This document shows positions 51,756 to 64,000 of a DNA stretch of 64,000 bases, piece after piece (the stretch's first letter is position 1; each line of letters starts with the position of its first letter). The notes beneath the pieces were generated by a model that saw nothing but the letters and a program-made list of their open reading frames with translations, did not search any database and was not told where the DNA came from. The DNA is from Octopus bimaculoides (Eukaryota). Location of the stretch: the NCBI RefSeq assembly GCF_001194135.2, contig NC_068986.1, positions 1,617,296-1,681,295 of the forward strand, in the 5' to 3' direction. Made by a program: the position numbers and the translations under genes.

Positions 51756-52194
51756 TAAAACTTAGAGCTCCTTCAATAGTTACACTGGGCTTCATGTTAT
51801 TGAGTATTCCGAAGAAAAGAAGTAGCATGACAATATATAAGTAAAAATATTCATTAACAGATCAAAATGATATGATTGAGTATTGAAATTTGATGAGTAG
51901 CCAAAAGACCATTATAAAATCCATCACACATTATCTAAATTCGAATGCATTTTAAAGGCTTTTTTTTTTGGACCCAATCAAAACTGAATACCTAATCATC
52001 TCAATGTACATCCAAACATTTTTGCTTATATATTGTTATGCTATTTCTCTTCTTTAAATAATTGGCAATATAAAATTTAGATTAATGATTGAAGAAATTA
52101 AGCTTTTAATGAAATACACAAACTCTCCTTTAAGTAGAAAATAGGATTTTCCCTTTGTATAAAAGTCATGTTCTTTCCAAAATATGCTCCAAAT

Positions 52195-52380
52195 GGCATG
52201 CGTCGTGCAGGTGGTTAGTGTTGGGTTCGTGTTTATTGGGTCAACTTAATTCTTCAATTGAACAATATGCTGTGTCCTTGAGCAAAGCATTTCATATCAT
52301 GTTACTGCAATCTACTTGGCTGAAAATGAAACTCAGTAACACTTGAAGTCAATTCTGTGATGCATTGGCATCCCATTCAG
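52195..52380 (+). mobile_element. SINE family C, degenerate
   Basis: GTGGTTAGTGTTGGG...TGTGTCCTTGAGCAAAGCATTTCATATCATGTT. Confidence 0.6.
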
Positions 52381-52409
52381 TGGAGAGTCTTGTGCTGTCA
52401 GTCATTTAA

Positions 52410-52869
52410 TGCTTTAGCATTTAGATTACTCTGTCAAATGTACTACTTATTTATCCATACTGTTTTGAATTCATTATGTATTATCATGAAGCTTTGAGAT
52501 TTCAATGATGTAATTGTTTATTTTCAGAATGATATTGTATGACAGGTATGAGGGGCTGGATTTGGCCAGTGTGAATGTAAAACAGGTATCATACTTGGGC
52601 TGGATTTGGCCAGTGTGAATGTAAAACAGGTATCCTATTTGGGCTGGATATGGCTGGTCTAAATGCTAAAGGGTTAATGCTTTAGCATTCAGATTATTCT
52701 GCCAAATGTACTATTCATTGACTCCCATTGCTTTGAATTAATCATGCATTATCTCACTGCTTCAACATTTCAATAATGTCTAGGTATGAGAAGCTAGGTG
52801 TGGCCCGTTTGAACATAAAGGCAAGTAAAATATTCGTTCCAGATATGGGCAGTTTAAATGCTAAAGGCA
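52410..52869 (+). mobile_element. Head-to-tail tandem pair of piggyBac-like MITEs (family F)
   Basis: TTAA|TGCTTTAGCATT...AAATGCTAAAGGG|TTAA (52674-52677)|TGCTTTAGCATT...AAATGCTAAAGGC; first copy has an internal 44-bp duplication. Confidence 0.8.
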
Positions 52870-53514
52870 TAAACTGCTTGGAAATCCAGATAAGTTACAG
52901 CTTCATGAGCCTGCAAGCTCAGAGTAAAGCGATCACTATGCAAATCAGATTTTTAAGTTTAGTGAAATCTTTTATAGTAATAAACACTACAAAGACTACT
53001 TCGCACTTGTCTGTCTACAGACACTGATGGGTAGCAGACTTGATAGTGTTGACCCAAATGAAATCCAAACCAGTCAGAATGGCCTCCCACTACCATCACC
53101 ACAGTGCCACACAGTGGGACTGAACCATGATCCATGTGGTTGGGAAGCAAGCTTCTTATCATACAGCCATGCCTGCACTTATACATGTTGTATGTATACT
53201 CCTCAAGTATTGGGGTGGATTTACTTAGGTATACTCGGTAATCTTAGTTAATTGTTATCATCATTAATTTATCCCCTGAGGTAGTGAATTAGTAGAATTT
53301 TTTGTCCATTAGAAAAAATACTTAAGGTATTTCTTCTAGCTCTTTATGTTTCAAGTTCAAATGCTGCCAAGGTCAACTTTATCTTTCATCCTTTTGGGGT
53401 TGATAAAATAAGCACCAGTGGAACACTGGGAGTCGGGAAATAGACTTACCTGCTTCCCTTAAAATTACTGGCTTTGAGCCAAAATGTGACACCATTATTA
53501 CTATTAAAAAACAT

Positions 53515-53670
53515 AGATACAAGCATTGCTGTGTGGAAAGAAGTTTGCTTCCCAATCACATGGTTCCAGATTTAGTCCCACTGCATGGCACCATAGGCAA
53601 GTGTTTTCTATTATAGCCCCAGGCTGACCAAAGTCTTGTGAGTTGATTTGGAACAAAAAACTGAAAATAG

Positions 53671-53702
<32 letters not shown>

Positions 53703-53920
53703 ATGTGTTTATCCCCTACCTCTGCTTGACAACCAGTGTTGGTTTGTTTACATCAGTGTAACTTTGTGGTTCAACAAAAGAGATTGATAGAATAAATACT
53801 AGACTTTAAAAAAAAGTAAGTACTGGGGCAAATTTGTTCAACTAAAACCTTTCAAGGTGGTGCTCCAGCATGGCTCTGTCCAATGACTGAAACAAGTGAA
53901 AGATAAATGATAAAAGATAT
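53515..53920 (+). mobile_element. SINE family A, full length with internal (TG)n
   Basis: Head GCTGTGTGGAAAGAAGTTTGCTTCCCAATCACATGGTTCC through tail CAATGACTGAAACAAGTGAAAGATAAATGATAAAAG. Confidence 0.9.
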
Positions 53921-54130
53921 ACTTATATCTGTCCCAGTGTATCTTTCTCACGCCACTGGTGCATACCTCCCCCTACATCTACCAACCCCAAACACCACCA
54001 TCACCACTACCTCCTTTAGTTCTCTAATGTAATTATAATAGGATGAATGGAAGTAGCTTCCATCCAACTATGTATATGAGACAAGGTGAAAATGTGAGAG
54101 CTGTAGTTTATAAATATCAATTTAGCTTGC

Positions 54131-54185
54131 CTCCCTCGGAGAGAAAAGCTAACACATGGCATCCGATAAAAATGTAGATCTTCAT
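54131..54185 (-). CDS. Candidate first coding exon encoding a signal peptide (MKIYIFIGCHVLAFLSEG), GC donor
   Basis: gtcATGA start context, n/h/c-region pattern, phase-1 end at GAG|GCAAGC (GC-AG donor consensus); CpG-retaining patch next to a 308-N gap. Confidence 0.35.
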
Positions 54186-54558
54186 GACAGCACTGTCGTG
54201 AATTTCAAATCGATATTTTCAAGTAAAGACAGAAAAGAAAACCCAAGCCCNNNNNNNNNNNNNNNNNNNNNNNNNNNNNNNNNNNNNNNNNNNNNNNNNN
54301 NNNNNNNNNNNNNNNNNNNNNNNNNNNNNNNNNNNNNNNNNNNNNNNNNNNNNNNNNNNNNNNNNNNNNNNNNNNNNNNNNNNNNNNNNNNNNNNNNNNN
54401 NNNNNNNNNNNNNNNNNNNNNNNNNNNNNNNNNNNNNNNNNNNNNNNNNNNNNNNNNNNNNNNNNNNNNNNNNNNNNNNNNNNNNNNNNNNNNNNNNNNN
54501 NNNNNNNNNNNNNNNNNNNNNNNNNNNNNNNNNNNNNNNNNNNNNNNNNNNNNNNNNN

Positions 54559-54605
<47 letters not shown>

Positions 54606-55279
54606 TGTGTGTGCGTGAGAGAGAGAGCGTGTGTGTGAGAGAGAGAGTGTGTGTGTGAGAGAGAGTGTGTGTGTGAGAGAGTGTGTGTGTGTGTGTGAGA
54701 GAGAGTGAGTGTGTGCATGTGTGTGTGTGTGTTGCATGTAAATATGTATGTATATTAAATATATTTATGTGCGTACATTTGTGTATATAATGTGTATGTG
54801 TGTATGTATGTAATAATATTTCTATATAGATATTGTGTTTATATGTGTCTATGTACGATGTGTACCTGTATGTGTGTGTGTGTGTAAATATATTTGAGTA
54901 TAAAATACGTGGATGCATATATTTGCCTATATATAATGTTTGTGTGAGTATATTTGTCTATGAAGTATTGTGTATGTATAATTGTATATATAATGGGTGG
55001 GTGTGTGCATGTGCATACATGTGTGAGTGTGTATGTGCATATTTGTGAATATATCTGTATAAGAAATATATATGCGCATATATTTGTGTGTATGTATGTG
55101 TGTTTGTGTGTTATGTGTTTATTTGTATTTGTTTTAAGTTTTGAAAAAGTCTACAAAACCCCCCACTAGAATTATATTAGTGGATTATCTGACAATGGAT
55201 TACTGACAATGACTCAGACTCTACTGTAATAATACAAAGTAAATTGGATGAGAAGGATGTATGCAAATATATGTCGGTA

Positions 55280-55327
<48 letters not shown>

Positions 55328-55710
55328 TATTTATGTGTGTCTGGGAGTCTAAATACATATGGACAAGAGCATATGTTCATACATGCAATCTTTTAAAAAA
55401 ATAGATTTATAAACACACGCACGCACAAACACACATAAATATGCATAAATATATATATGTCTATAGATATATACACTTATACATACATAGGTAGTTATAT
55501 ATAAATGTTCATATGTACATGCATATGTATGCATATCTATCTATCTATCAATCTATCTATATATATATATATATACATACATACATACATAAATATATAT
55601 ACATACATACATATACATACATACATACATATACATACATACATACATACATATACATACATACATATACATACATACATATACATATACATACATATAC
55701 ATATACATAC

Positions 55711-55781
<71 letters not shown>

Positions 55782-57124
55782 CATATGTATGTATCTGGCA
55801 CCATGGGTGCCAGAGGATTAGCAAATAATTGAATTTTCCAGATATCTGATTATCACATTTTAAATTACCATAGCACCTTACAATACTCATTAAAACTTCC
55901 AGTATGCATCAGTATCATCATTCATATTTTGAATTTAGTAGAAATGAGAGAAATAGGTAGATATAAAAATCATAATTTGAGTGAAGAACAAGTTTCATTA
56001 ACTTGATAAGATATAAGTATTGTAAATATAAAGTAAAATAATATACAATACTGTTCTTTGAAAAGTGTAACTACCCTAGCTGCAGAGTTTGTGTTATCAT
56101 CATTGGGAGCTCAACATGATTTTAATCAGGGAAAACGTTTACCATAAAAAGTAATTTCACTTGCTCATCAAGAAATTTATGTTATCAAATGTGTATAATG
56201 AAGACTATGTAGCACAAACAGGATTAACTCTGAGGCATGGAATGACATTCCACCATCAACAGATACAAATGTTAGTACCAGAAAAATATCCATTAACAAA
56301 CATCTGGATCTTCACCCAACAAATGACCCAAATACCAAATTTTCCCTTTGTTTCTCTGTACTAGGAACATCTCAGTTCAATTCCAAATAGATAAAGAAAA
56401 TATGTTTATTAAGAACTATAGACCTACATTAAATATTTTATAACATTATAAAAAAAAAAAACACAGTATATTTTTACTCTACTACACAACTAGAAACAAC
56501 AAAAATAATAAAATAAAATTGTTGAGGTAATGGGCTTCCTCCAGAATACGAAGCCCTAACTTCAAACAACTATGTAATTACATTTTTTTGACACTCTTTA
56601 CTGACATCACCCAAAGAATGACCAACAAGATTATGCTTTTGGTTAAAATTAGATTCTGAGTAAAAAGAAAAGAACAACTGGAACATCAGAGAAACAAGTG
56701 ATGTCTTAAGAGAGTCAGCCAATGGGAACTTTAGACTACTGTCAGCCAAAAGCAAGTGACCAGAACATTTGATAAACAACTAACATCCACAGACAGTTAA
56801 CCAACCAGAACAATAACAAGTGACTAGAATGGATGATAAACAAATGGTATCCCCATGCAGTCAGCCAAATAGAAAGCTGAGTCACAAGCAGACAAAAACA
56901 AATTATGTCATCAGTAGGTATCCAGTCAAAACTTGAATATATATATCTTAAAACCTACAAATATACAACAATATTAGTTGAAAAGATAGTCCAAGTTCCT
57001 TAATTGAATGAGTAAAGCAAACGATGAGCAATTCTTCCTCACACTATATGACAGAGCTAACAAAAAATTAAAAAACTTTTTCATATACCTCAAAATCTTC
57101 ATCATATCTAATTGCTAACATAAT

Positions 57125-57320
57125 TTATTGCTATGAAACTTATTGAGTTCTCAAATTTCTATCATGTATTATTGCTATGTAAAAACATCTCAAACATTTC
57201 AACTTTCACCATTTCTTATTGCTGTGAAACTTACTGAACATTTGAATTTTCATCAAGTAATTTTGCTGTGAAATTTATTGAACATTTGATTTTTCAGCTT
57301 CTTTTATTGCTATGAAACAT
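57125..57320. repeat. Degenerate minisatellite, ~44-bp unit x ~4.5
   Basis: Units start TTATTGCTATGAAAC / TTATTGCTATGTAAA / TTATTGCTGTGAAAC / TTTTGCTGTGAAAT / TTATTGCTATGAAAC. Confidence 0.85.
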
Positions 57321-57573
57321 TTTCTGATGCACTCTCTTTCCTTTCAATTTTCATCTATTTTTTCTTTTTTTTTTTCATTTACAATTGAAAAACAAAAAGA
57401 TTGTTGAATCTTGCACAGGATTTTAATAAATTAATAAACTGTAGAAAAAAAAAAAAGGGAAAGCTAAAATTCATTTTAAGACTCATGTGCATTTTCATCT
57501 CTGGTTCCAAACCCATTTCTTTATGTTCTCATTCATATGGAACTAAACCTCTTCATCCATGGAAATGCTGCTG

Positions 57574-57618
<45 letters not shown>

Positions 57619-58006
57619 TCAGATAGAAAGGAGAATAACTCCCTGTACAGAACAACAAATTAGCACTCTAATTAATAGAGCAACATGAAATATAGAGATT
57701 AATAGAAAGAGAACAAATTTCAGGAGTCAGAGTCCATTTCATCAATATATTTCCCAACATCAGAACACTTCATAAAAATATACGTAAATAAAAATATGTA
57801 GATACAATATAAAATATAAAACATAAATATGCTCACATGACATTGTATGAAATTGTATTTTGGTGTTTGGAATCAATGAGAAAGTTATGTACAGTCAAAA
57901 CTGCATTAATTGAAATTATCAAATGGACGAAAAGGTAGTTCAAAAGGATATTAAGAGGAATCCATAGGTAAATCCAGTGGTATATATATATATATATATA
58001 TATATA

Positions 58007-58218
58007 TGAGGGGGGTGCTGTTCCTAGCTTAAAGAGTATTGCAAAGGCCTGGTTGGGGGCCCAACCTTCCAAGTTCTTTTACAAGGTTTAGAGAAACTGA
58101 AGGACCACTGCAATAAGTGTGTGAATCTGAGAGGGGAATATGTTGAATAAAATCATAATTACCTGATCCTCCTGTATTTTCTTTTACCCAAAGCCAGGAA
58201 TTTTTTAGCACTCACTCA
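58007..58218 (+). mobile_element. Non-autonomous mariner deletion derivative
   Basis: TA|TGAGGGGGTGCTG...CCTAGC left TIR and AAAGCCAGGAATTTTTTAGCACTCACTCA right TIR; retains transposase C-terminus LEKLKDHCNKCVNLRGEYVE*. Confidence 0.85.
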
Positions 58219-58413
58219 TGTGTATATATGGGTTTGTGCCTGATGACTGTGCTGAGATGTCAGACATGTTATGATACAATGCTTGGCATATTCTCAGCAC
58301 AAGAACCTATTAGTAGCACATAAAAACAACATGTATTGTGTCTATTAAATAATATTTATCTCTCACCAGAAGGAGCACTTCTTTTGTTGACCTTAACATC
58401 ACGGAACAGTACA

Positions 58414-58495
<82 letters not shown>

Positions 58496-61400
58496 TCACA
58501 CATGTAATGATGTGATGTTATGCAGAACCAAGCATTCACAGAACCAGAAAATTTTCAAAAATTACTGGTCTTAAATCATTTCTATGAGCTGCCAAAGGCA
58601 AAGAAACTGAAATTTTCTCCTGAAATACCATTTATATTAAAATTGTTCACTGTACTTATTATATGTATTTTGTTATTTAAAAAGAAATTTCTCAATTATT
58701 CTTTCTATAAAAAAAAGTGGGAATGGAGAGAAGATGAAGTCATTTTAAGGGTTTCACTATTTTTTGGCAGAGTATTTATTTACTTATTTATTTATACATT
58801 TGTTTATTATGTTTGGTCAGGGTGGGGGGCAAGCTATTTACTTACCCATTTTCATAAATACTACATTATTTTATGTTTTTTCCTTTAATTTCTCTTTTTT
58901 GTAATCTAATTCAAGCAACTGTATTTGTTTCAAAAATAGTAAGAAGTGAATGGAATTACTAAACTTCAGAAAAAAAAAATGTTAATGGAAATGGTGTTTA
59001 TTATTGAGAATATTAATAATAATAAACAAAATTCTTCAATTTGAAACACTCTCACAAAATGCTTTTATCTTTAGATTATCAATACTAAATCACAAACATA
59101 ATAAGCCACATACAAACTCTCACAACCTCACATGCTCATACACACACAAACACACACTCATGTGTATATATTATTTCATTTCATGCCCATTTTCCATACT
59201 AGCATGGATGGGTGAGAAGCTTGCTTCCTGACCACATGGTTCCAGGTTCAGTCCCACTGCATATATATTTATACTTTCACTTTTTGCTTTAGGTGCCTAT
59301 TAAGTGATGAAGAAGCATAGACATTCACCCATCCTCCTCACCATTGACTCAGCAGAACATCCTAGATATGAGAATTGGGGAGAAACAGGTTTGCACTCAG
59401 CATCCAGTTGAGCAAACTGCGGCAACAGGAAATGAAGTGCCTTGCTCAAGGACACAATGCACTGCCAGGACTAAGGATTGAATCCAGGACCTTAATTATG
59501 AACATGAGCTGAACACTCTAACCATTAGGCCATATACCTCCCCATGTTTATTATGTATTAGTATTTCAATCTTTACTGCATGGGAACCAGATATACTCAG
59601 TTCCATGCTTGTGCACATGAGACACAGGGATGGAATTATCTCATTTTTGATAATGGTGTACTTTCTGGAATTCCTGATATTTCATATGACGCAGTACATA
59701 TATTTCATTCTTACTGGCCAAGAGAAAGAACTTACAAGAATTGATTTGTATTTGATTAACATATTACATCACCTGCAGAAATTTAATCAGTGCAGTGACA
59801 GCTAAATGCAACAATGCTGTGCCATTTCTGAAGCAGTGCCAGCTGTACATCTGAGGCACTGCTGCTGCAGGAACTCGGTTGCCAAATAGTTCCACACAAT
59901 GCACATATTAGAATATAAGAGTTTTGCAGCCAGCTTTCCTCTTGGTAATCCAATGACTATCAGAAACCCTGATTTCTAAAATCCATATTAGAAAAGGAAT
60001 GGGTGTGACAACATTTAACTAAGTATCTATAGCGTTCGCTATTCATTCAGTCGCTCTGAATGAAATATGATACTTCTGAGAGTGGTTCTTTAATGTTTAA
60101 GATATGTATAGTCTATAATTTGATTTTGTGACCATTGTTATATAATTCTAATAAAAGTGAAAATATTAAAGATGAATTTAGCAACTTTGATTCGTGTCTG
60201 TTTATCTGGCTGTCAGTCTAATCTATTCATTGTCATCTTTATTGTTTTCCTGCTATTCCAAGTGAAGGCATTGGAGGGTTTTTGTTTCACTTCTGTTCAC
60301 ATTTCTCTCTCTCTCTCTCTCTCATTTATCCCAGGCTTCTCTCTGTCTCTTCTGTTCTTTTTATTCATTTAGCTTCATTATTTGTATCTATCTATCTATA
60401 TCGTAATTTTTTCCCTATTAATCTTACATTTTCTTTATTATTCTTATTTCCATTTCTATGAATCCATACATCTCATGGCATCTATCTTCCTTTCCATCCA
60501 TTTCAATGTTATATCTATTTCCAGACATTTATCCTGGCCTCTTCCACCATCCACCATCTTCAGACCATCAATAACCAAACTTTCAATTTCATTGTTGCTA
60601 GGCCAAATACATGATTACATTTTGAATCCAAAAACTCAATTTCTCACAAAATGTGTCAAAATGTCTGCCATGTAAAAAACAAAAATCAAAACCAGAAAAA
60701 AAGGAAAAGAAAAAAGAATGAAAGAGTGACCAGTTAGTTCAAAACGGAATATTTCAAGGTCTGTGGCATAGAAGAAACCTTATTATTAGCACTGTCATGC
60801 TGCTAAAGACTAGATCTTTATATTCACTTATACATAATTATTTATTCCCCTTCTGACTTTCCTGTAAATGTAAGGAGTCCTTCTAAGTTTTAAACAGTTT
60901 TAGTCTTGTTTTTTTAGTTTTTGTTTCAATATTTTTTTTTCTGTCAGTGTGTTATGAAGACACTGTAAGCGAGAGATGTCAAAATCTCAATCAAATATTA
61001 AAAACAAACCCCAAAAAAACACTAGAAAACATACATAACAATTTCACAGGAATAAATACATAATTGTATTAGGACAATGTTTACTGGATACACAAATTCA
61101 CTTACTGGACTCAATTCCTTATTCATTGACAACCTGTGCTGTTTCTTTCCTTACACACCAAACAAGGGATAAAAAAAGATTCCATTTCATTTCTCCAGCA
61201 TAACCACACTTCCTACACTTCCCATTCATTCTCAATGACCGTTAGGTGCAGTTTAAAATCACATCTATCACATTTGGTTCAATGAAGGCACACAACTCAA
61301 GGAGGTGATTGACTCTGAACACCTTGGGTCCTATATTGTACATAATAAGAAAGATTTCCTTACACACTAGGGACGAGCCTGGAGTACCTGTAATAAGTTG

Positions 61401-62168
61401 TAAGGATGTAAACACACCAGCAAATTACTCTGTAATCAGCAGCCTGGCAAGTTAATCTCTCAAACATTGTTCTGTTATACTCAAGTTAATTTAATACATG
61501 GGGAAATTTTAATTTCAATCTCATAATTTAAATATCATTCTTAAGTAATGCAAAGAATACAGAAAACAGATTTTTTTTTTTTACATTTATGAATTTGTTT
61601 TGCAAGATTCTTGATGTGGAATCTTGTGTTCAAACAGATAGTTATATTTTGGAATGGTAATTTGTTTTCTTGCCCAATAAACACACACACTATAAGCACA
61701 TGCACTACCTATTCATTCTTCACTCGTTTATTATTGTTCTTATTTTATCCTATGGCCATTGTCTGGAAATCTTTCGTCACCCATCTCTGTATCCTCTTCA
61801 GTGACTCTTCTATTCCATATGTGTCCTCCTGTTCTGTTTAGTCCATTCTGTCAGATTATTTTTTCTTGGTCTGATTCCATTCCTGCTTGGAGTTATTGCA
61901 CTCCACGACAAGTTAGAAGACCAATTCTTGCTCTAATAATTTATTTTCAGTTTGGTTTCTTAGACTGAATGCCTTTTTTTGCACCATCTACTTTAAACAT
62001 TGTTCCAGGTGCATTTTATCATGGCAACAGTAGAACAGAGGTAGCAGAATTAGGGAGCCCTCTTTACTCTATATCAAAGAGTCCTTTTACTCTACATTAG
62101 GGAGTTTCTTCTACAGTTGAATCCATACTCTATTCTTTCAAGGCAAACACAACCATGGTTGTAAACAG

Positions 62169-62202
<34 letters not shown>

Positions 62203-62730
62203 AAAAGCAATGACCAAAAGCATGTATGAATATGAGTGTTGTGGTGGTGGTGGTGGGGAAACATGACAGGAGTGGGAGGATGATAGGAGAGGAAGTTATG
62301 GAAAGGAGACTAAAGGCAGCATCTCTTTAAATTCTCCAAGATTTCCTTTACACATGAAATAGTTTCTTCTTTTCATGAGTATTTTTTCTTGATTTAGTGA
62401 ACAAAACTAATTTTTCAAGTTGTCTTTAAAATATTTTTCATGACTAATTTGGAATTCAAATTCTCTTGTGTAAAGAATTTTTTACAACTCTATCTGATTA
62501 TAGTTGGAACAGACATTTCACATCATTTCATCATTTCCTGCATAATTCTAAATCATTTTGAAATCACAATCATTTCTATGTATATAGGAATGCATCATCA
62601 TCATCATCATCATCATCATTTAACAAGTATGTCAGCATGTATGTATGTACATAAGTATGTATGTGTATGTGTATGTATGCACACATACACACACACATAT
62701 ATATATATATGTAATGAGACTCAAAAGCTA

Positions 62731-62798
<68 letters not shown>

Positions 62799-63334
62799 TT
62801 ACTTAACAGTTTAAAGCAGGTGATGCTTATCTCCATCCATACTGAACTGAGTTAACCATTATCTGAAAACAGAAATTTCAGAAAACCTAACTTTAGACAG
62901 ACATTTCTGCAGACTGATGCTATATCTGGCATGGGTTGGTGTAAATAAAGAATCGGTGTGCAGCACCAAGATCCTGCTTCCAACAGACAAAGTTTCTGTT
63001 GATATGTAACAACCTTCTTAACCAAAAACTTGTTACTTTTATGCTTAGTCAGAAGAAAAGTCTGTGAACGACTTGTGATGCTAAGATCTCTGTATCTTAT
63101 ACTTACTTCAAACAACTCTGGTGACACAACTCAAGATTATTTAGTGTTTCATATTTAACAGTCTCCAAATTATAAGTCTTTTTGTTACAGGGAAGCAGTA
63201 GACCACTTATGCTTGATAATATCTTCCCTTTTTATCTCTTTTTTAAACATTCTAGCATGAAGTTATCATTTATATTGCTTATCTTTTACTTGTTTAAGTC
63301 ACTGGACAAGGGGACACACATACACTCTCTCTTA

Positions 63335-63548
63335 CTCTTTACTCTTTCACGTGTTTCAGTCATTTGACTGCGGCCATGCTGGAGCACCGCCTTTTGTCGA
63401 GCAAATCGACCCCAGGACTTATTCTTTGTAAGCCTAGTACTTATTCTATCGGGGTCTTTTGCCGAATCGCTAAGTTACGGGTACGTAAACACATGACCAT
63501 CGGTTGTCAAGCAATGTTGGGGGGACAAACACAGACACACACACACAC

Positions 63549-63592
<44 letters not shown>

Positions 63593-63632
63593 NNNNNNNN
63601 NNGGGGGGACAAACACAGACACACACACACAC

Positions 63633-63676
<44 letters not shown>

Positions 63677-63835
63677 TACGATGGGCTTCTTTCAGTTTCC
63701 GCCTACCAAATCCACTCACAAGGCTTTGGTCGGCCCGAGGCCATAGTAGAAGACACTTGCCCAAGGTGCCACGCAGTGGGACTGAACCCGAAACCATGTG
63801 GTTGGTAAGCAAGCTACTTACCACACAGCCACTTC
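63335..63835 (-). mobile_element. SINE family A, young full-length copy
   Basis: CpGs retained (GACTGCGGCCATGCTGGAGCACCGCC; GGTCGGCCCGAGGCC; GCCACGCAGTGGGACTGAACCCGAAACC). Additional family A 3' ends at 63275-63310 and 63850-64000. Confidence 0.92.
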
Positions 63836-64000
63836 TGCACCACATATATTCTTTTATTTTTTTTTACTTGTTTCAGTCATCTGACTGTGGCCATGATGAA
63901 GCACCACCTTGAAGGGTTTTGGTCAAACAAATCGACCCCCACCCCAGGACTAATTTTTAAAGCCCAGTACTTAGTCTATTGGTCTCTTTCCTGAACCTCT

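Noticed and set aside
62852-63127. 91-aa minus-strand ORF and an overlapping ~50-codon + strand exon candidate
   Set aside because: No recognisable family, non-ATG start, ambiguous strand; not distinguishable from chance.
63510-63670. Direct repeat GGGGGACAAACACAGACACACACACACATT(AT)n on both sides of a 10-N gap
   Set aside because: Typical false duplication from unmerged contig ends at a microsatellite.
414-63835. tRNA-like SINE heads as tRNA genes; recurring repeats as a CRISPR array
   Set aside because: Heads lack cloverleaf acceptor stems and continue into SINE bodies; repeats are dispersed and irregular, with no repeat-spacer periodicity or cas genes.
103-63845. Most ORFs in the supplied track ([24 protein letters not shown], poly-H/I/D/M)
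   Set aside because: They are translations of di-, tri- and tetranucleotide microsatellites or read through N gaps.

Overview
Eukaryotic, AT-rich, repeat-saturated genomic DNA. The repeat families and the density of (TA)n/(CA)n/(CAT)n/(GA)n microsatellites look like an octopus (coleoid cephalopod) genome; this is recognition from memory, not a database result. There are 8 assembly gaps (244-253, 11227-11269, 23304-23313, 24542-24551, 41021-41120, 50448-50547, 54251-54558, 63593-63602). I found no rRNA, CRISPR array, intact tRNA or confidently identifiable protein-coding gene, and nearly all ORFs in the track are microsatellite or SINE artefacts. The window supports dozens of SINE-type copies, which I label informally: A, B, C = tRNA-headed; D = (GAT)n-tailed; E = unclassified dispersed repeat; F = TTAA-flanked piggyBac-like MITE. 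It also holds remnants of a maT/DD37D-type transposase, a mariner deletion derivative, hAT-like MITE ends, RTE LINE 3' ends (one Expander/Rex3-like), Penelope-like fragments and a CpG-decayed tRNA-His pseudogene. The most unusual structures are a ~1 kb foldback palindrome (8305-9302), a near-perfect 105-nt hairpin (1-105) and a set of minus-strand exon-like islands. The islands include a signal-peptide-like exon with a GC donor at 54131-54185 and a phase-consistent chain at 1894-5068 interrupted by in-frame stops. They may be a gene, a pseudogene or chance and need transcript data. I do not see convincing evidence of a new biological system. Repeat boundaries are approximate (+/-10-20 bp) unless TIR/TSD coordinates are given.
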